DNA of 64,000 nt from a bacterium (GTDB taxonomy: Bacteria > Vulcanimicrobiota > Xenobia > Xenobiales > JADMJV01), in NCBI GenBank assembly GCA_018780265.1, contig JADMJV010000035.1, positions 10,491 through 74,490 of the forward strand, read 5' to 3'. Below are positions 9,320 to 19,264 of the stretch, piece after piece. The notes beneath the pieces are model-generated. The model made no database searches. It saw nothing but the letters and a program-made list of their open reading frames with translations, and had not been told where the DNA came from. A program made the position numbers and the translations under genes. Position 1 is the first letter of the stretch; each line of letters starts with the position of its first letter.

Positions 9320-9765
9320 GGCAGTCCCACCCGAGGATAGTCATAGATTTCGTGAAGTCGAACGAGCGAGCCGTGAACCTGGCGTTTACCCTCAACCGTC
9401 AGGTTCAGGGTGAGGATGTCGTGGTGGCGAACGGCTGTGAAGTCTTTAACCGATTCCGTCAGCAGCGACCGGGTCACACCTCGGTGAGTCAGGTCCAGTC
9501 GATCCCCTTGCCAACGCACCCGAGAACCGTCACTAAAAGTCACCCCGTGATGGTCCTGGTCCACCTGGTAGCCGCCCTGGGCCGCGGCCAGTCGGAAGAG
9601 CGTTTCGGCCGCCCGCTGGCACTCGGCTTTGGTGGACGCCTGCATGCTCAAGGCCGTAAATGAATGATAGCCACCGATGGCCATATAACCCACCGGCACC
9701 AGAAGAATGGTCATGATAGCCAGCACGATAACCAGTTCGACCATGGTAAAGGCCCGGCGGCTCAT
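9316..9765 (-). CDS. prepilin-type N-terminal cleavage/methylation domain protein (pseudopilin)
   Basis: MSRRAFTMVELVIVLAIMTIL class III signal peptide. Confidence 0.8.
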   Translation of the reverse strand: MSRRAFTMVELVIVLAIMTILLVPVGYMAIGGYHSFTALSMQASTKAECQRAAETLFRLAAAQGGYQVDQDHHGVTFSDGSRVRWQGDRLDLTHRGVTRSLLTESVKDFTAVRHHDILTLNLTVEGKRQVHGSLVRLHEIYDYPRVGLP

Positions 9766-10502
9766 AGCTTGTCGGCCACCTTCACCAGGTTGAGGTCGAT
9801 TCGCCCCATGCCCTGAAACCCATAACTCTCCTGAATGCGCATCAATTTGCAGGGACCCGGCTGGAGTGTGGAATTGAGCCCGGCATCCAGGTAACTGCCC
9901 CCCACCTGATTGCGAATGCGAGCCCCGGCATAGTCGATCTCGACGACCTTGCCAGCCACCTTGGCCGTCAACTCCAATTTCTCACCCACCACCTGATACC
10001 CCGATGCAGGCACCACCTTACCGTCAGCCACTCTGACCTGGTCAACGTAAAGGACAGGGGTATTTCGCAGCACGATCTGGTAGGGCGCTGAGGTGGGCAC
10101 GGTGTGAGCCTCGCCGCGGTCTGGAAGATAGTAGCTATAGCTCAAGCAAACCCGGGTGCCCGCCGCGGCCGTCAAGAGCGCCCGACCTTTGGCATTGTCC
10201 ACCTGCTGCACGGGGATCTCGGCCCCTAACACCTGCAAACTCTCGGGAACCAGGTCTTTGTGAGCCAGTTGCACCCAGCCACCGGCGCCAACGGTCAGAG
10301 TTTGGGGAGGCAAACTGTCAAAGCGGGCAGTGCGCACGGCGGCGACCTGGTAGCGAGCGTTGCGCAAGGCGAAACGATAATCGGATTCGCGGTGAAGCCA
10401 GTGAAGCGAAGCGCCACCTAAACCGATGGCCAAAAAAATGGAAAAAATCGCGATCGAGATCATTATCTCGATCAGTGTAAAAGCGCTCTTCCTCCCCGAC
10501 AT
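9762..10502 (-). CDS. prepilin-type N-terminal cleavage/methylation domain protein (pseudopilin)
   Basis: MSGRKSAFTLIEIMISIAIFSIFLAI class III signal peptide. Confidence 0.8.
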   Translation of the reverse strand: MSGRKSAFTLIEIMISIAIFSIFLAIGLGGASLHWLHRESDYRFALRNARYQVAAVRTARFDSLPPQTLTVGAGGWVQLAHKDLVPESLQVLGAEIPVQQVDNAKGRALLTAAAGTRVCLSYSYYLPDRGEAHTVPTSAPYQIVLRNTPVLYVDQVRVADGKVVPASGYQVVGEKLELTAKVAGKVVEIDYAGARIRNQVGGSYLDAGLNSTLQPGPCKLMRIQESYGFQGMGRIDLNLVKVADKL

Positions 10503-10514
10503 TGGAAACGCGTT

Positions 10515-11051
10515 CTAGTTTGAGTTGGTGGCTCCTGCCGCCCCTTGACGAATCAGGGTGCGTTGAAAATTGACGCCCTGATTCCAGTCCCGCTCGCCCA
10601 TTTTCTTGCGGTCCACCTGGAGATCGCGTGCAGTGGCGTAACGGCCCACCGCAAAGCCCGTGCGATTGACCCCGTACATGCAGTGAAGGTAGACATCGCC
10701 CTGCTGCAAAGCGTCATCCAGCACGTTGATCAGGTTCTTGTCCAGGGCGCTGATCGAGCGATAGCGCAGGCCTAACTCTCGGGCCGCTTTCTCCTCGCCA
10801 GTCGGAGACAGGCGCCCGCCACCGCCGCGCAGGTCATCCGCGAAAGGGGGATGGCGCAAATCGATCAGGGTAATCGGTCGCCCGCTTTGCTGGGCGGCCG
10901 CCTGCAAAGCTTGCAGTGTATCGCGTCGGGGGCCTCCACCCCGCCACATGGTGGTGCCCTGTTCCCCCTTGAAGACCAGATGAACGTTGTGCCCCGGGGG
11001 GTCAGCTATGGCCAGACCCGTGAGCAAGAAGAGAAATAGAAAGAATTTCAT
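10515..11051 (-). CDS. secreted Cys-based (dual-specificity/tyrosine) phosphatase-like protein
   Basis: Signal peptide MKFFLFLFLLTGLAIA and HCX5R active-site loop HCMYGVNRTG. Confidence 0.7.
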   Translation of the reverse strand: MKFFLFLFLLTGLAIADPPGHNVHLVFKGEQGTTMWRGGGPRRDTLQALQAAAQQSGRPITLIDLRHPPFADDLRGGGGRLSPTGEEKAARELGLRYRSISALDKNLINVLDDALQQGDVYLHCMYGVNRTGFAVGRYATARDLQVDRKKMGERDWNQGVNFQRTLIRQGAAGATNSN

Positions 11052-11495
11052 CCACTTATTTTAGGCATCGCTGAGGATTTGCCTTTTCTTGGCAAAACGG
11101 TAAGACTCGTTGTGTGACCGACGTAAAATTGGCCGGCCCTGGCCCAGGCTGAGGCCGAACGCTTTGCCCGGGCCCTTGGAGACATTGACGTCGAACGTAA
11201 TACAACCGGAAGATTCCCAGGAGCCCTCCTGAATAAGGCCGCCGCAGGTAGAGTGTGTAGACGGATCCCAACACTCAAATCCTTGTCAGGACCACCCGTC
11301 TAAGCTACTCTTGTAGAATGAAAAACACGCAAGCCATGCTAACCACCCGGTGCCCCAACTCGGACCAGTTTCAACTGGTCAAGCTCCAGGTCAGCCAGAG
11401 CCACGAGCTTCAGATCGGCTCACCCAAGGTGAGCGAATGCTCGGTGTTGGCTGAAGATGCCGAACAATGCGGTCGCTGCCTGCATCCCCAAGAAA

Positions 11496-13088
11496 TCAGC
11501 GATTCAGGTCCTGCTTGATCTGGCGAACCACCTGCAGAGCCGGAATCCCCGTAACCCCGCCACCTCCATGGGTGGCCGAGGAGGCGTGGTAAAGGCCCTG
11601 AATGGGTGTGCGAAAATTGGACCATCCCGAGGCGGGACGCATGTGAAACATCTGGCTCAGCGATAATTCGCCATGAAAGATGTTGCCGCCGGGCAGTCCG
11701 TAGTCGCGCTCCATCTGATGGGGCCCGATCACCTGTCGGTGCAAAATGGAGGAGCGGAACCCGGGAGCCACCTCTTCGACTCGTTCAATAATCCGATCCG
11801 CATAAGCGTCTAGCTCGGCCTGATAAGGCGCCTGACTGTAAGCGTGCGGCACCCACTGGGTAAACATCGACATCACATGCTTGCCGGGCGGGGCCAGCGT
11901 GTCGTCGAAGACCGAAGGAATACACATGTCCACAAATGGCCTGGATGCGGGCCGACCGGCAGCAGCGTCTTGAAAAGCCCCTTCGAGGTCATCCAGGGAT
12001 TGAGCAAGCACCATGGTTCCACCGTGAACCTCCGGATCAAAGCCCGGCTTGCAGGTAAAGTCGGGCAGTCGGTCCAGGGCCAGATTGACTTTGACCGTCC
12101 CGCTGCGCGATTTCCAGCGCTCGATTCGGTCCACAAATTCCGAGGGAAGTTGGCCGCGCTCCAGGTGTTCCAAAAACGCGATCTTGGGGTGAACCGTGGT
12201 GATGACCAGCGGCGCCTGGATCTCGTTGCCATTTTGCAGCACCAATCCAGTCACTTTTCCGGCCCTGGTCGAGACCATACGCACGGGGGACTCCGTCACA
12301 ATGGTGGCCCCAAAAGCTTCGGCAGCCCGACGCATGGCCGCGGTGGCTCCTCCCATGCCTCCTTTGGGAAATCCCCACGATCCCATCTGTCCGTCGCCCA
12401 CATCACCGATTTTATGGTGGGCCATGACGTAGGCAGTCCCCGGCGAGCGAGGTCCGCCCCATGTTCCGATGATACCACTGACGGACATCACTCCCAGCAC
12501 CGCCGGTGAGCGGAAAAATTCCTCCAGCAAATCGGCCACGCTCATGGAAAAGAGGCGGGTAATATCACCCACTCGCTCCAAATCAAAACTGCGCACTTTC
12601 CAGGCCACCTTGAGCAGATCCCACAGGTCGCGGGGATGCTTGGAACCCAGGCGCGGCGGAACGACCGTCAAAAGAGGGCCCAGAGACTTGCCCAGGGCCG
12701 TCAACCAGGTGTCCCAGCTTTCCAGGGCGCGGGCGTCCTGCACACAGAACTTGGCCACCTGTTGACGCCGCAACTCCTTGTCCTCGGGCATCTGAAGATA
12801 GCGCCCATCGGGATGGGGGGAGAAATAGCCGTGTTGAGGATAGATTTTATAGCCGAAGCGGGCCAAATCCAGCTCCTTCATCACGGTGGGCGGCATCAGG
12901 CTAATCACATAGGAAAGAGTGGTCATTTTATAGTCGGGACCCCAGGGCTGTTCGGTAACGGCCGCCCCTCCAACCTGATGGCGCTTCTCCAGCACCACCA
13001 CCTGCAGGCCACGCTTCGCCAAAAGTCCGGCTGCGATCAGGCCATTGTGGCCAGCCCCCACGATTGCGACATCATAACAACTCTTCAT
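11496..13088 (-). CDS. FAD-dependent oxidoreductase, phytoene desaturase (CrtI) family
   Basis: N-terminal dinucleotide fold YDVAIVGAGHNGLIAAGLLAKRGLQVVVLEKRHQVGGAA. The length and C-terminal GGGVTG motif fit the CrtI-like family. Confidence 0.85.
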   Translation of the reverse strand: MKSCYDVAIVGAGHNGLIAAGLLAKRGLQVVVLEKRHQVGGAAVTEQPWGPDYKMTTLSYVISLMPPTVMKELDLARFGYKIYPQHGYFSPHPDGRYLQMPEDKELRRQQVAKFCVQDARALESWDTWLTALGKSLGPLLTVVPPRLGSKHPRDLWDLLKVAWKVRSFDLERVGDITRLFSMSVADLLEEFFRSPAVLGVMSVSGIIGTWGGPRSPGTAYVMAHHKIGDVGDGQMGSWGFPKGGMGGATAAMRRAAEAFGATIVTESPVRMVSTRAGKVTGLVLQNGNEIQAPLVITTVHPKIAFLEHLERGQLPSEFVDRIERWKSRSGTVKVNLALDRLPDFTCKPGFDPEVHGGTMVLAQSLDDLEGAFQDAAAGRPASRPFVDMCIPSVFDDTLAPPGKHVMSMFTQWVPHAYSQAPYQAELDAYADRIIERVEEVAPGFRSSILHRQVIGPHQMERDYGLPGGNIFHGELSLSQMFHMRPASGWSNFRTPIQGLYHASSATHGGGGVTGIPALQVVRQIKQDLNR

Positions 13089-13225
13089 CGCGGCAGACTA
13101 TCAACGCAGAACACCATAGTCCATGACATAGATCAAGGATGGGAATATCGGAGCTCTGTTGGCGACCGGAGGAATTCCTTGCCGCTAGGGGAAGCTGATT
13201 TTACAAGAATTGGGGAGTCACACAT

Positions 13226-14401
13226 ATGCGTAGATACATAGCCACGCTTAGCTTCAGCGTAATCTTGATGGGGATTTGCGTCGCCGACGAACCGGTGGCC
13301 CGAGTGCAGAGCATCAAGCCAGCCGACAACACAGGGCAGGCTGTTCTGACCCAAAAGCGTCCGGCTGACGCCAAGGGCTACCGCGTCTCCGTGAACAGCA
13401 CCGGCTATATCAAAGACCATTTTATTACCGACAAAAACACCATCGCCGCTCTGGAATTCCTCATCGGCGGCCGTGTCGGCATCAACAAAGACACCGATAT
13501 CGAGATCGTCAACGAGCGCTCGGTCGCCGACGGCAAAACCGACGTCAAGCGCATCATCCTCAAGAATGGCAGCCTGTGGGTGAAGGCAGATGCCAAAGCC
13601 CTGAAGCAACCCATTGAAATCCAAACCAACGGCGGAGTCATGGGCATTAAGGGCACTGAGTTCACGGTGGACCAACAACCCGACGGCAGCACCCGGGTCT
13701 GCTGCTTTGAGAGCAACAGCGATCAGGGCGGCGTCGAGGTTAGGGACAGCGCGGGTAAGGTGGTCGGCATAGCCAAACCGGGCGACGAGTATCGAGTGAG
13801 TCTCAAGAATGCCCCGGTGGTAAAACACAACGACGACGTGCCCAAGTTTCGCGAATCGATTCTCAACGACGATGTCTACCGAGGGATGTCCACGGCCACT
13901 TACTTCATTCATGCCTTTGGAGGCAGCACCTATATCCCCTACGTCGGCAACGTCTTTTACGCAGCCAGTATTTACGACAACCTGGAGCGCAATCCGGGCT
14001 ACGCGGCCGCTCAAATTCTCTCAGCTGCCAATGTTCCTTACGCCGGGACGATTGGCGGATTTCTCAGTTCGGCGCCCCGCCAGCCGGCCAAGCCGGACTT
14101 TCCCTCGGAACTCTCTCCAGACGGCTCCGACAAAAGCACCAAACCTAAGCAAAGCAATCCCTTTCCCTCGTTTTCGTGGGTTGGAGTCGAGGACGCCAAA
14201 GGCTACGTGGTGATGGTCTCCCAGGATGAAAACTGCGACAAAGTCGTGTTTACCGAGCGAGTCACCGGCACCTCGGTCAACTACCCCCCTGACATGCGGC
14301 CGCTCGATCCGGGCCAGTATTACTGGCGCGTGATCCCGGTCGACGAGGAAGACAAGCCGGTGGAAAAGGGCGCCCAGACCTTTTTTACGGTGGTAAAGTA
14401 G
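13226..14401 (+). CDS. secreted FecR-domain protein with C-terminal Ig/FN3-like domain
   Basis: Signal peptide, FecR-type motif IQTNGGVMGIKGTEFTV and C-terminal GYVVMVS...YYWRVIPVD. GGGGAG RBS 8 nt upstream of the ATG. Confidence 0.75.
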   Translation: MRRYIATLSFSVILMGICVADEPVARVQSIKPADNTGQAVLTQKRPADAKGYRVSVNSTGYIKDHFITDKNTIAALEFLIGGRVGINKDTDIEIVNERSVADGKTDVKRIILKNGSLWVKADAKALKQPIEIQTNGGVMGIKGTEFTVDQQPDGSTRVCCFESNSDQGGVEVRDSAGKVVGIAKPGDEYRVSLKNAPVVKHNDDVPKFRESILNDDVYRGMSTATYFIHAFGGSTYIPYVGNVFYAASIYDNLERNPGYAAAQILSAANVPYAGTIGGFLSSAPRQPAKPDFPSELSPDGSDKSTKPKQSNPFPSFSWVGVEDAKGYVVMVSQDENCDKVVFTERVTGTSVNYPPDMRPLDPGQYYWRVIPVDEEDKPVEKGAQTFFTVVK

Positions 14402-14408
14402 CTCGCCC

Positions 14409-15539
14409 GTGAAAACCGCCTGCCGGAACCTGCTCCTTGCCACGCTACTGTTGAGCACCACAGTGTGGGCAGACGAGCCCATACTGCGGGTGCTGGACTT
14501 GAAAACCCCCAGCGGAGCAACCGGCCAGATTCAGCACCGCACGGTCAAAGACAAACAGTGGTATCAAGCCTATGTGGGCACCACCGGCGTTTTGCGCGAT
14601 CACTTTAAGACGAGTCCTGAAACTGTGGCCGCCCTGGAGTTTTTCATCGGTGGCAGGGTAGGAGTCAACAAGGACACGGAAATCGAAGTGGTCAGCGAAC
14701 GTTCGGTCGCCGGTGTGGGCACTTCGGTGCAGCGCATCATCTTGGTGAATGGTGCCCTGTGGTTGAAAGCCAACCCTCTCAAACAGCCGCTGGAAATCCA
14801 GACCAACGGCGGCACCATGGCCATTCGAGGCACGGAATTCACCCTGGAAAAGAAATCCGACGTGACCACTTTTTCTCTCTTGGAGGGAGAAGTGGAGATG
14901 AAGGATGCCCAACAGAAGTTGTTGGGCATTGCCAAACCGGGAGATGTCTACTCCCTGGCACCCGGGCGCCCGCCGGTGGTCAAATACGTGGACCCCATCG
15001 AACTTCGACAGGCTTGCTTCGGAGGCGACTTTGGGACGGCCATGGCGCTGGTGAATGCTGAAATGCAGGCGATCGGAGCGGGCCTGGGGCAGGCTACCGA
15101 GCACCACGCGACTGTGCAAGAGAAGATGGAAGCCTTGCTTAACAAGGGCAAGATCAAGATCAATCTGGCCGCGCCCTATAAACAGGCCATCATGGAGATG
15201 CCCGTGGCGGCCGGCGGCGTACCCGGGGGCGGCTTTCAGGGCCAGTCGAGCGGGGTCCAGGGCATGCAACCCAGCACCTCGGTGACCAGTCTCAGCACCT
15301 TTCAGTGGCAACCCGTCAATCAGGCCGACGGCTACGTACTGTTTGTATCGGGCGACGATCAATTTGTAAACCAGATTGTCTTCAGCGCCCGCACCCGCGA
15401 CGCCCTGGCCGTCTACCCTGGCAGTGCCCGGCCGCTGGTTCCAGGCATGTACTACTGGCGAGTCATTCCCGTCGACTCCAACGACCAGCCCTTACCGGGT
15501 ACGGCCACCCAGGCCACTTTTCGAGTCAACCCCGGTTAA
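14409..15539 (+). CDS. secreted FecR-domain protein, paralogue of 13226..14401
   Basis: Same architecture: ALEFFIGGRVGVNKDTEIEVV, IQTNGGTMAIRGTEFTL and GYVLFVS...YYWRVIPVD. GTG start. Confidence 0.75.
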   Translation: MKTACRNLLLATLLLSTTVWADEPILRVLDLKTPSGATGQIQHRTVKDKQWYQAYVGTTGVLRDHFKTSPETVAALEFFIGGRVGVNKDTEIEVVSERSVAGVGTSVQRIILVNGALWLKANPLKQPLEIQTNGGTMAIRGTEFTLEKKSDVTTFSLLEGEVEMKDAQQKLLGIAKPGDVYSLAPGRPPVVKYVDPIELRQACFGGDFGTAMALVNAEMQAIGAGLGQATEHHATVQEKMEALLNKGKIKINLAAPYKQAIMEMPVAAGGVPGGGFQGQSSGVQGMQPSTSVTSLSTFQWQPVNQADGYVLFVSGDDQFVNQIVFSARTRDALAVYPGSARPLVPGMYYWRVIPVDSNDQPLPGTATQATFRVNPG

Positions 15540-15542
15540 GCG

Positions 15543-17369
15543 ATGAGGGCGTCCAGTAGCCTCAAGGACCTGGCCGCCAGGCTGGCCCAAGGTTGGTGTT
15601 TTGCGGGCCTGTCCTTGTTGTTGCTGCTCTTTTTCCCGCGCATTGAGTTGGAAGCCTACGACAATCTCATCCTTTCTTATCGGCGATTGCCTCGACTCTT
15701 CTACTGGCTCAACGAGAACTTTCGACGCTACTCCGGCTATAACGGCCTGCATCGCTCGATCACCTTGATGGGCGATCAGGACTTGCGCTCCGAAGACTCG
15801 ACGCAGGCCCACCTGGAGGCCATGCGCCACTTTCGTCGCGATCTGGCGGCCGCTTCAAGCTGGATCACGGACAGTGAATTCAAGCTGCCGGTGGACCTGC
15901 GCAATGAAACGTTGGAGCAGAGCCTGGTCTTTGCGGTGCCGGCCCAGACTCACTGGAATGTCAAAACCGGCAACCAGCCCCCCTTTGTTCTCAAAGCCAG
16001 TGACGCCGATGGGGTGGTGCGCGAACTTTACCTGGCCTTGAAAAGTGGCCAGGGATCGCTCACGCCCTGTCTGCCACTGGCGCTATATTCCCAATTTTTG
16101 GACCTTGGGGGCTCTTCTCCGCAAGTCAAAGACGGTTGGCTGCAGTTGGGCGACCACCAGATTCCCGTCAACGAGGACGACACTGGCTATTCTTTCCCTT
16201 TGATTCCCTATGAAAGTTCGGTGCGGGCACACCTCCAGATGGACGAAACTGTGACCACGGTTTCCGACTCGATGGTGCCCGTTCGCCTGGTCGACGCTCT
16301 CAAATTGCCCAACCTCTATTTTGGAGAAAGGGTTCACCGCAGATTTTACTTCCTGGGCAACTACTCCATGACCGCGGTCGGTGAACGGGCCACTCCCACC
16401 GGCTCCTTCCGCGATTTTCAAGTGGCCGCCATGGGATTGGACAATCTGATTCAGGGACCTTATCTACGTTGGGTTTCGGGCTGGAGATGCTGGCTCTACT
16501 ACCTGGTCGTCTCGAGTTTGCTGGCTCTGTGGCTGCTCAGTCCCACCTCGTTGCCCGGCAGATTTGTGCGCCTCGCCCAATTGACAGTCGCCTGGTACCT
16601 GTTTGGTCTGGCTCTGTGCGCCTGTGGCTACTATTTGCCGATTACCTGGTTGGCCTTTTACTCACTCCTGTTGACCGCCTGGATTGTGACTCGAATCTGG
16701 CTCGCCACCATGGGCCATCTGCGCCGCTATGGCGGCACCGCGGCCGCCCGCATGCTGGCCCTGGGTCAATCTCACCTGGACCACAGCGAAGCCGAAGAAC
16801 GTATCGCCACCATTGTGTTTGTGGGCCTGCCCGCTCATTTGCGCCAACAGGAACTTGACGACGACATCCATCTCCTTGAGCACCGCCAAATTTTTTCCCA
16901 GGTCGTGGCCGAGATCACTCACCGGTTCGAGGGCATTGTGCACGACTTTCAGGCCGACTACTTAATGCTGGGATTTGGCACCCATCCGGGCGAAACCGAC
17001 CCCCAGCATGCCCGGCGAGGTTTTTGGGCCGCCCAACAACTGATCGCCGCACGCGAAAAATTGCAGGTCGCCTGGCAGTCCAAGGTCGAAAATGGTGCCC
17101 GTGTGCAGGTCTCCGTCAACACCGGACTGGTGGCCGTAGGTTGGGTGGGAACGTCTAAATTCAAGCGAGCCTCGGCGGCCATCGGCGATACCACCAATGT
17201 GGCTGCCCGCCTGCTGGGCACGGCCAAGAAACTGGACCTGGACCTGGTGATCTCTCAATCCGCCTACGAATTATTGCAAGGGCAGGCCGAATTCGCAGCG
17301 TTGCCTCCGGTCATGTTGAAAGGCAAAACGGAGGCGGTAGGTATCTACAAGTTGGTCGAGTCGCCATGA
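15543..17369 (+). CDS. membrane protein with class III cyclase homology domain (first metal-binding Asp missing)
   Basis: C-terminal CHD: IATIVFVGLP (G where the first metal Asp is expected), then the canonical AAIGDTTNVAARLLG. TM helices lie between the periplasmic and CHD parts. Confidence 0.8.
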   Translation: MRASSSLKDLAARLAQGWCFAGLSLLLLLFFPRIELEAYDNLILSYRRLPRLFYWLNENFRRYSGYNGLHRSITLMGDQDLRSEDSTQAHLEAMRHFRRDLAAASSWITDSEFKLPVDLRNETLEQSLVFAVPAQTHWNVKTGNQPPFVLKASDADGVVRELYLALKSGQGSLTPCLPLALYSQFLDLGGSSPQVKDGWLQLGDHQIPVNEDDTGYSFPLIPYESSVRAHLQMDETVTTVSDSMVPVRLVDALKLPNLYFGERVHRRFYFLGNYSMTAVGERATPTGSFRDFQVAAMGLDNLIQGPYLRWVSGWRCWLYYLVVSSLLALWLLSPTSLPGRFVRLAQLTVAWYLFGLALCACGYYLPITWLAFYSLLLTAWIVTRIWLATMGHLRRYGGTAAARMLALGQSHLDHSEAEERIATIVFVGLPAHLRQQELDDDIHLLEHRQIFSQVVAEITHRFEGIVHDFQADYLMLGFGTHPGETDPQHARRGFWAAQQLIAAREKLQVAWQSKVENGARVQVSVNTGLVAVGWVGTSKFKRASAAIGDTTNVAARLLGTAKKLDLDLVISQSAYELLQGQAEFAALPPVMLKGKTEAVGIYKLVESP

Positions 17370-19213
17370 GGTTTTTTGGCTGGCTCTGGACTCTATTGCT
17401 GCTGGCCTGGATCTTTGCCAGTGCTGACGGCACTCGGGATATCGAAGATCGCCGCCTCAATGAGCGCCTGACCCATCGACCCGTGGACGCGCCCGACCCT
17501 TCGATTGTGATTGTCGGTGTGGACGACGAGGTCTTTCGTCTCAATCGATACAATCGCCTGGAGCATGCCCGGGTCATCGACAACCTGACCCAGGCCGGCG
17601 CCCGCCAGATTTTTCTAGACCTGATATTTGATGAACCCCGTGGGCCGCAATTCGACATCCCCCTGATCGAGGCCATCAAACGCTCACGGCGCGTGGTAGT
17701 GGCGGGAGTCTACCGCATCGACGAAGAGGACGCCAGGATGCGCCCCCTGCGGCCTCAATTTTTCCCCGAACTCAAGGAATTGATCAAGAAGGGTATCTGC
17801 CGGATGGGCATCATCAATACCAGTCGGGAGCGCAACAAAATCGACGCTTTGATGGCCGTAGACGACCACACTGGTGATGACTATTGGGAGCCGGCCGTTC
17901 GTCTCAGCGCTGCAGCCGCACTGGTGGCGGCCAGCAACCATCTGTCCATCAGCGACGTGGAAACCACGCCGGCCTCGCCATGGATCGGCGAGATCCTGCA
18001 TATCCCTCCCCTTCATTTGGAGGTTCAGACTCGTCCTCAAAACGAGATCGAGAGTTTGCTCTGCCCCATCCGCTATCATCCGGCGGCCACCGGTCCCAAA
18101 GGCCGGCCTGGACTACCCGGACGCTTCAAGGTGATTCCCTATCTCAAGGTTGCCGACGGGGACCCGGCCACCCTGGCCGATATGAAAAACAAGTTTGTTC
18201 TGATAGGCGAAAATACCACCAGTACCACCGACACGTACGAAACCCCGGTTGGACAGATCAAAGGGGTTGAGATCCATGCGCAGATATTGGACGCCCTGAT
18301 CCGTCGGCGAATTCCTGCCCTCCCCAGGCCGGCCAGCACTTTCCTACATCTCTCCGAGCTATTGATCGCCGTGCTCTGTCTGGCCATGTCTGGACTGCTC
18401 AAGCGTCAGCCCAGCCTGTGGAGGTGCGCCGGGCTGGTGGGCTCCGTGATGGTCTTGTGGGAGGGATTGGTGGTTTTGGGGGATTGTCACAACTCTTTTC
18501 TCCCCCAGACCCTGGGTGAACTGGCCATTTTTGCCACTGCCATGCTGGCCATGTTTTTGCGCTTTTGGTCCACCCAAAAAGTCCTGAGAACCTTTATTCC
18601 GGCCGCCATCGTTGACCAGCTCATCCGCGATGAAGCCATTCACCAGGGGGCGGTGCAGGCTACAGTAATGGTCACGGACATTCGCGGCTACACCACTTTG
18701 AGCGAAAGTCGGACTCCCACCCAGGTACTCGAACTTCTCAACGACTATCATAGCGAAACGGTTGCCCACTATGAACGCTTCGGGGGGCACGTACTCAATT
18801 ATCAGGGCGATGCCCAGATCATCCTGTTCGGTCACCCCAAGAAATTGAAAGATCCCGCTCTCCAGGCCATTCTGGCCGCTCAGGCCGCTTCGTCGGCGGT
18901 AGAAATCCTGCGCAAACGCTGGAATCTTCCCCTTGATCAGGCCTTTAACGTGGGGGCCGGCATCTGCACTGGCAAGGTCTACATCGCCGAACTGGGCGGG
19001 GACTACCGCGAGTATACCGTGATTGGTGAAATCGTACGCAAATGCCACAAACTTCAGAGCCAGTCGCAAATTCTGGGGGCCAACATCATCCTGGACGAAG
19101 AAACTTACGCCGTCTGTCGCGAAAAACCCACCGTGGAGAAGCGAGAAAATGTGGTTATCGATGGTTTGCCCGAGCCGGTCACGGTCTACATCACGGATAT
19201 CGTACCGACTTGA
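17366..19213 (+). CDS. CHASE2-domain class III adenylate/guanylate cyclase
   Basis: CHASE2-like N-terminus (IVIVGVDDEVFRLN...IFLDLIFDEP) and TM helices. The CHD has ATVMVTDIRGYTTLSE and YQGDAQIILFG, but VIGEIVRKCHKL replaces the usual GDxVNxAxR. ATGA overlap with the upstream gene. Confidence 0.85.
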   Translation: MRFFGWLWTLLLLAWIFASADGTRDIEDRRLNERLTHRPVDAPDPSIVIVGVDDEVFRLNRYNRLEHARVIDNLTQAGARQIFLDLIFDEPRGPQFDIPLIEAIKRSRRVVVAGVYRIDEEDARMRPLRPQFFPELKELIKKGICRMGIINTSRERNKIDALMAVDDHTGDDYWEPAVRLSAAAALVAASNHLSISDVETTPASPWIGEILHIPPLHLEVQTRPQNEIESLLCPIRYHPAATGPKGRPGLPGRFKVIPYLKVADGDPATLADMKNKFVLIGENTTSTTDTYETPVGQIKGVEIHAQILDALIRRRIPALPRPASTFLHLSELLIAVLCLAMSGLLKRQPSLWRCAGLVGSVMVLWEGLVVLGDCHNSFLPQTLGELAIFATAMLAMFLRFWSTQKVLRTFIPAAIVDQLIRDEAIHQGAVQATVMVTDIRGYTTLSESRTPTQVLELLNDYHSETVAHYERFGGHVLNYQGDAQIILFGHPKKLKDPALQAILAAQAASSAVEILRKRWNLPLDQAFNVGAGICTGKVYIAELGGDYREYTVIGEIVRKCHKLQSQSQILGANIILDEETYAVCREKPTVEKRENVVIDGLPEPVTVYITDIVPT

Positions 19214-19264
19214 GGCCAAGAGCGGAAGGGAAGGCTTACCCTAAAGCGAAGGCGGCCCCGCTTT

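Noticed and set aside
11318-11518. 66-aa Cys-containing ORF (RCPNSDQF...CSVLAEDAEQCGRCLHP) in the 444-nt gap between the phosphatase-like and CrtI-like genes
   Set aside because: It has no RBS or motif I can support, and its 3' end overlaps the convergent CrtI-like gene. It could be a small zinc-ribbon protein, but the evidence is insufficient to call it.
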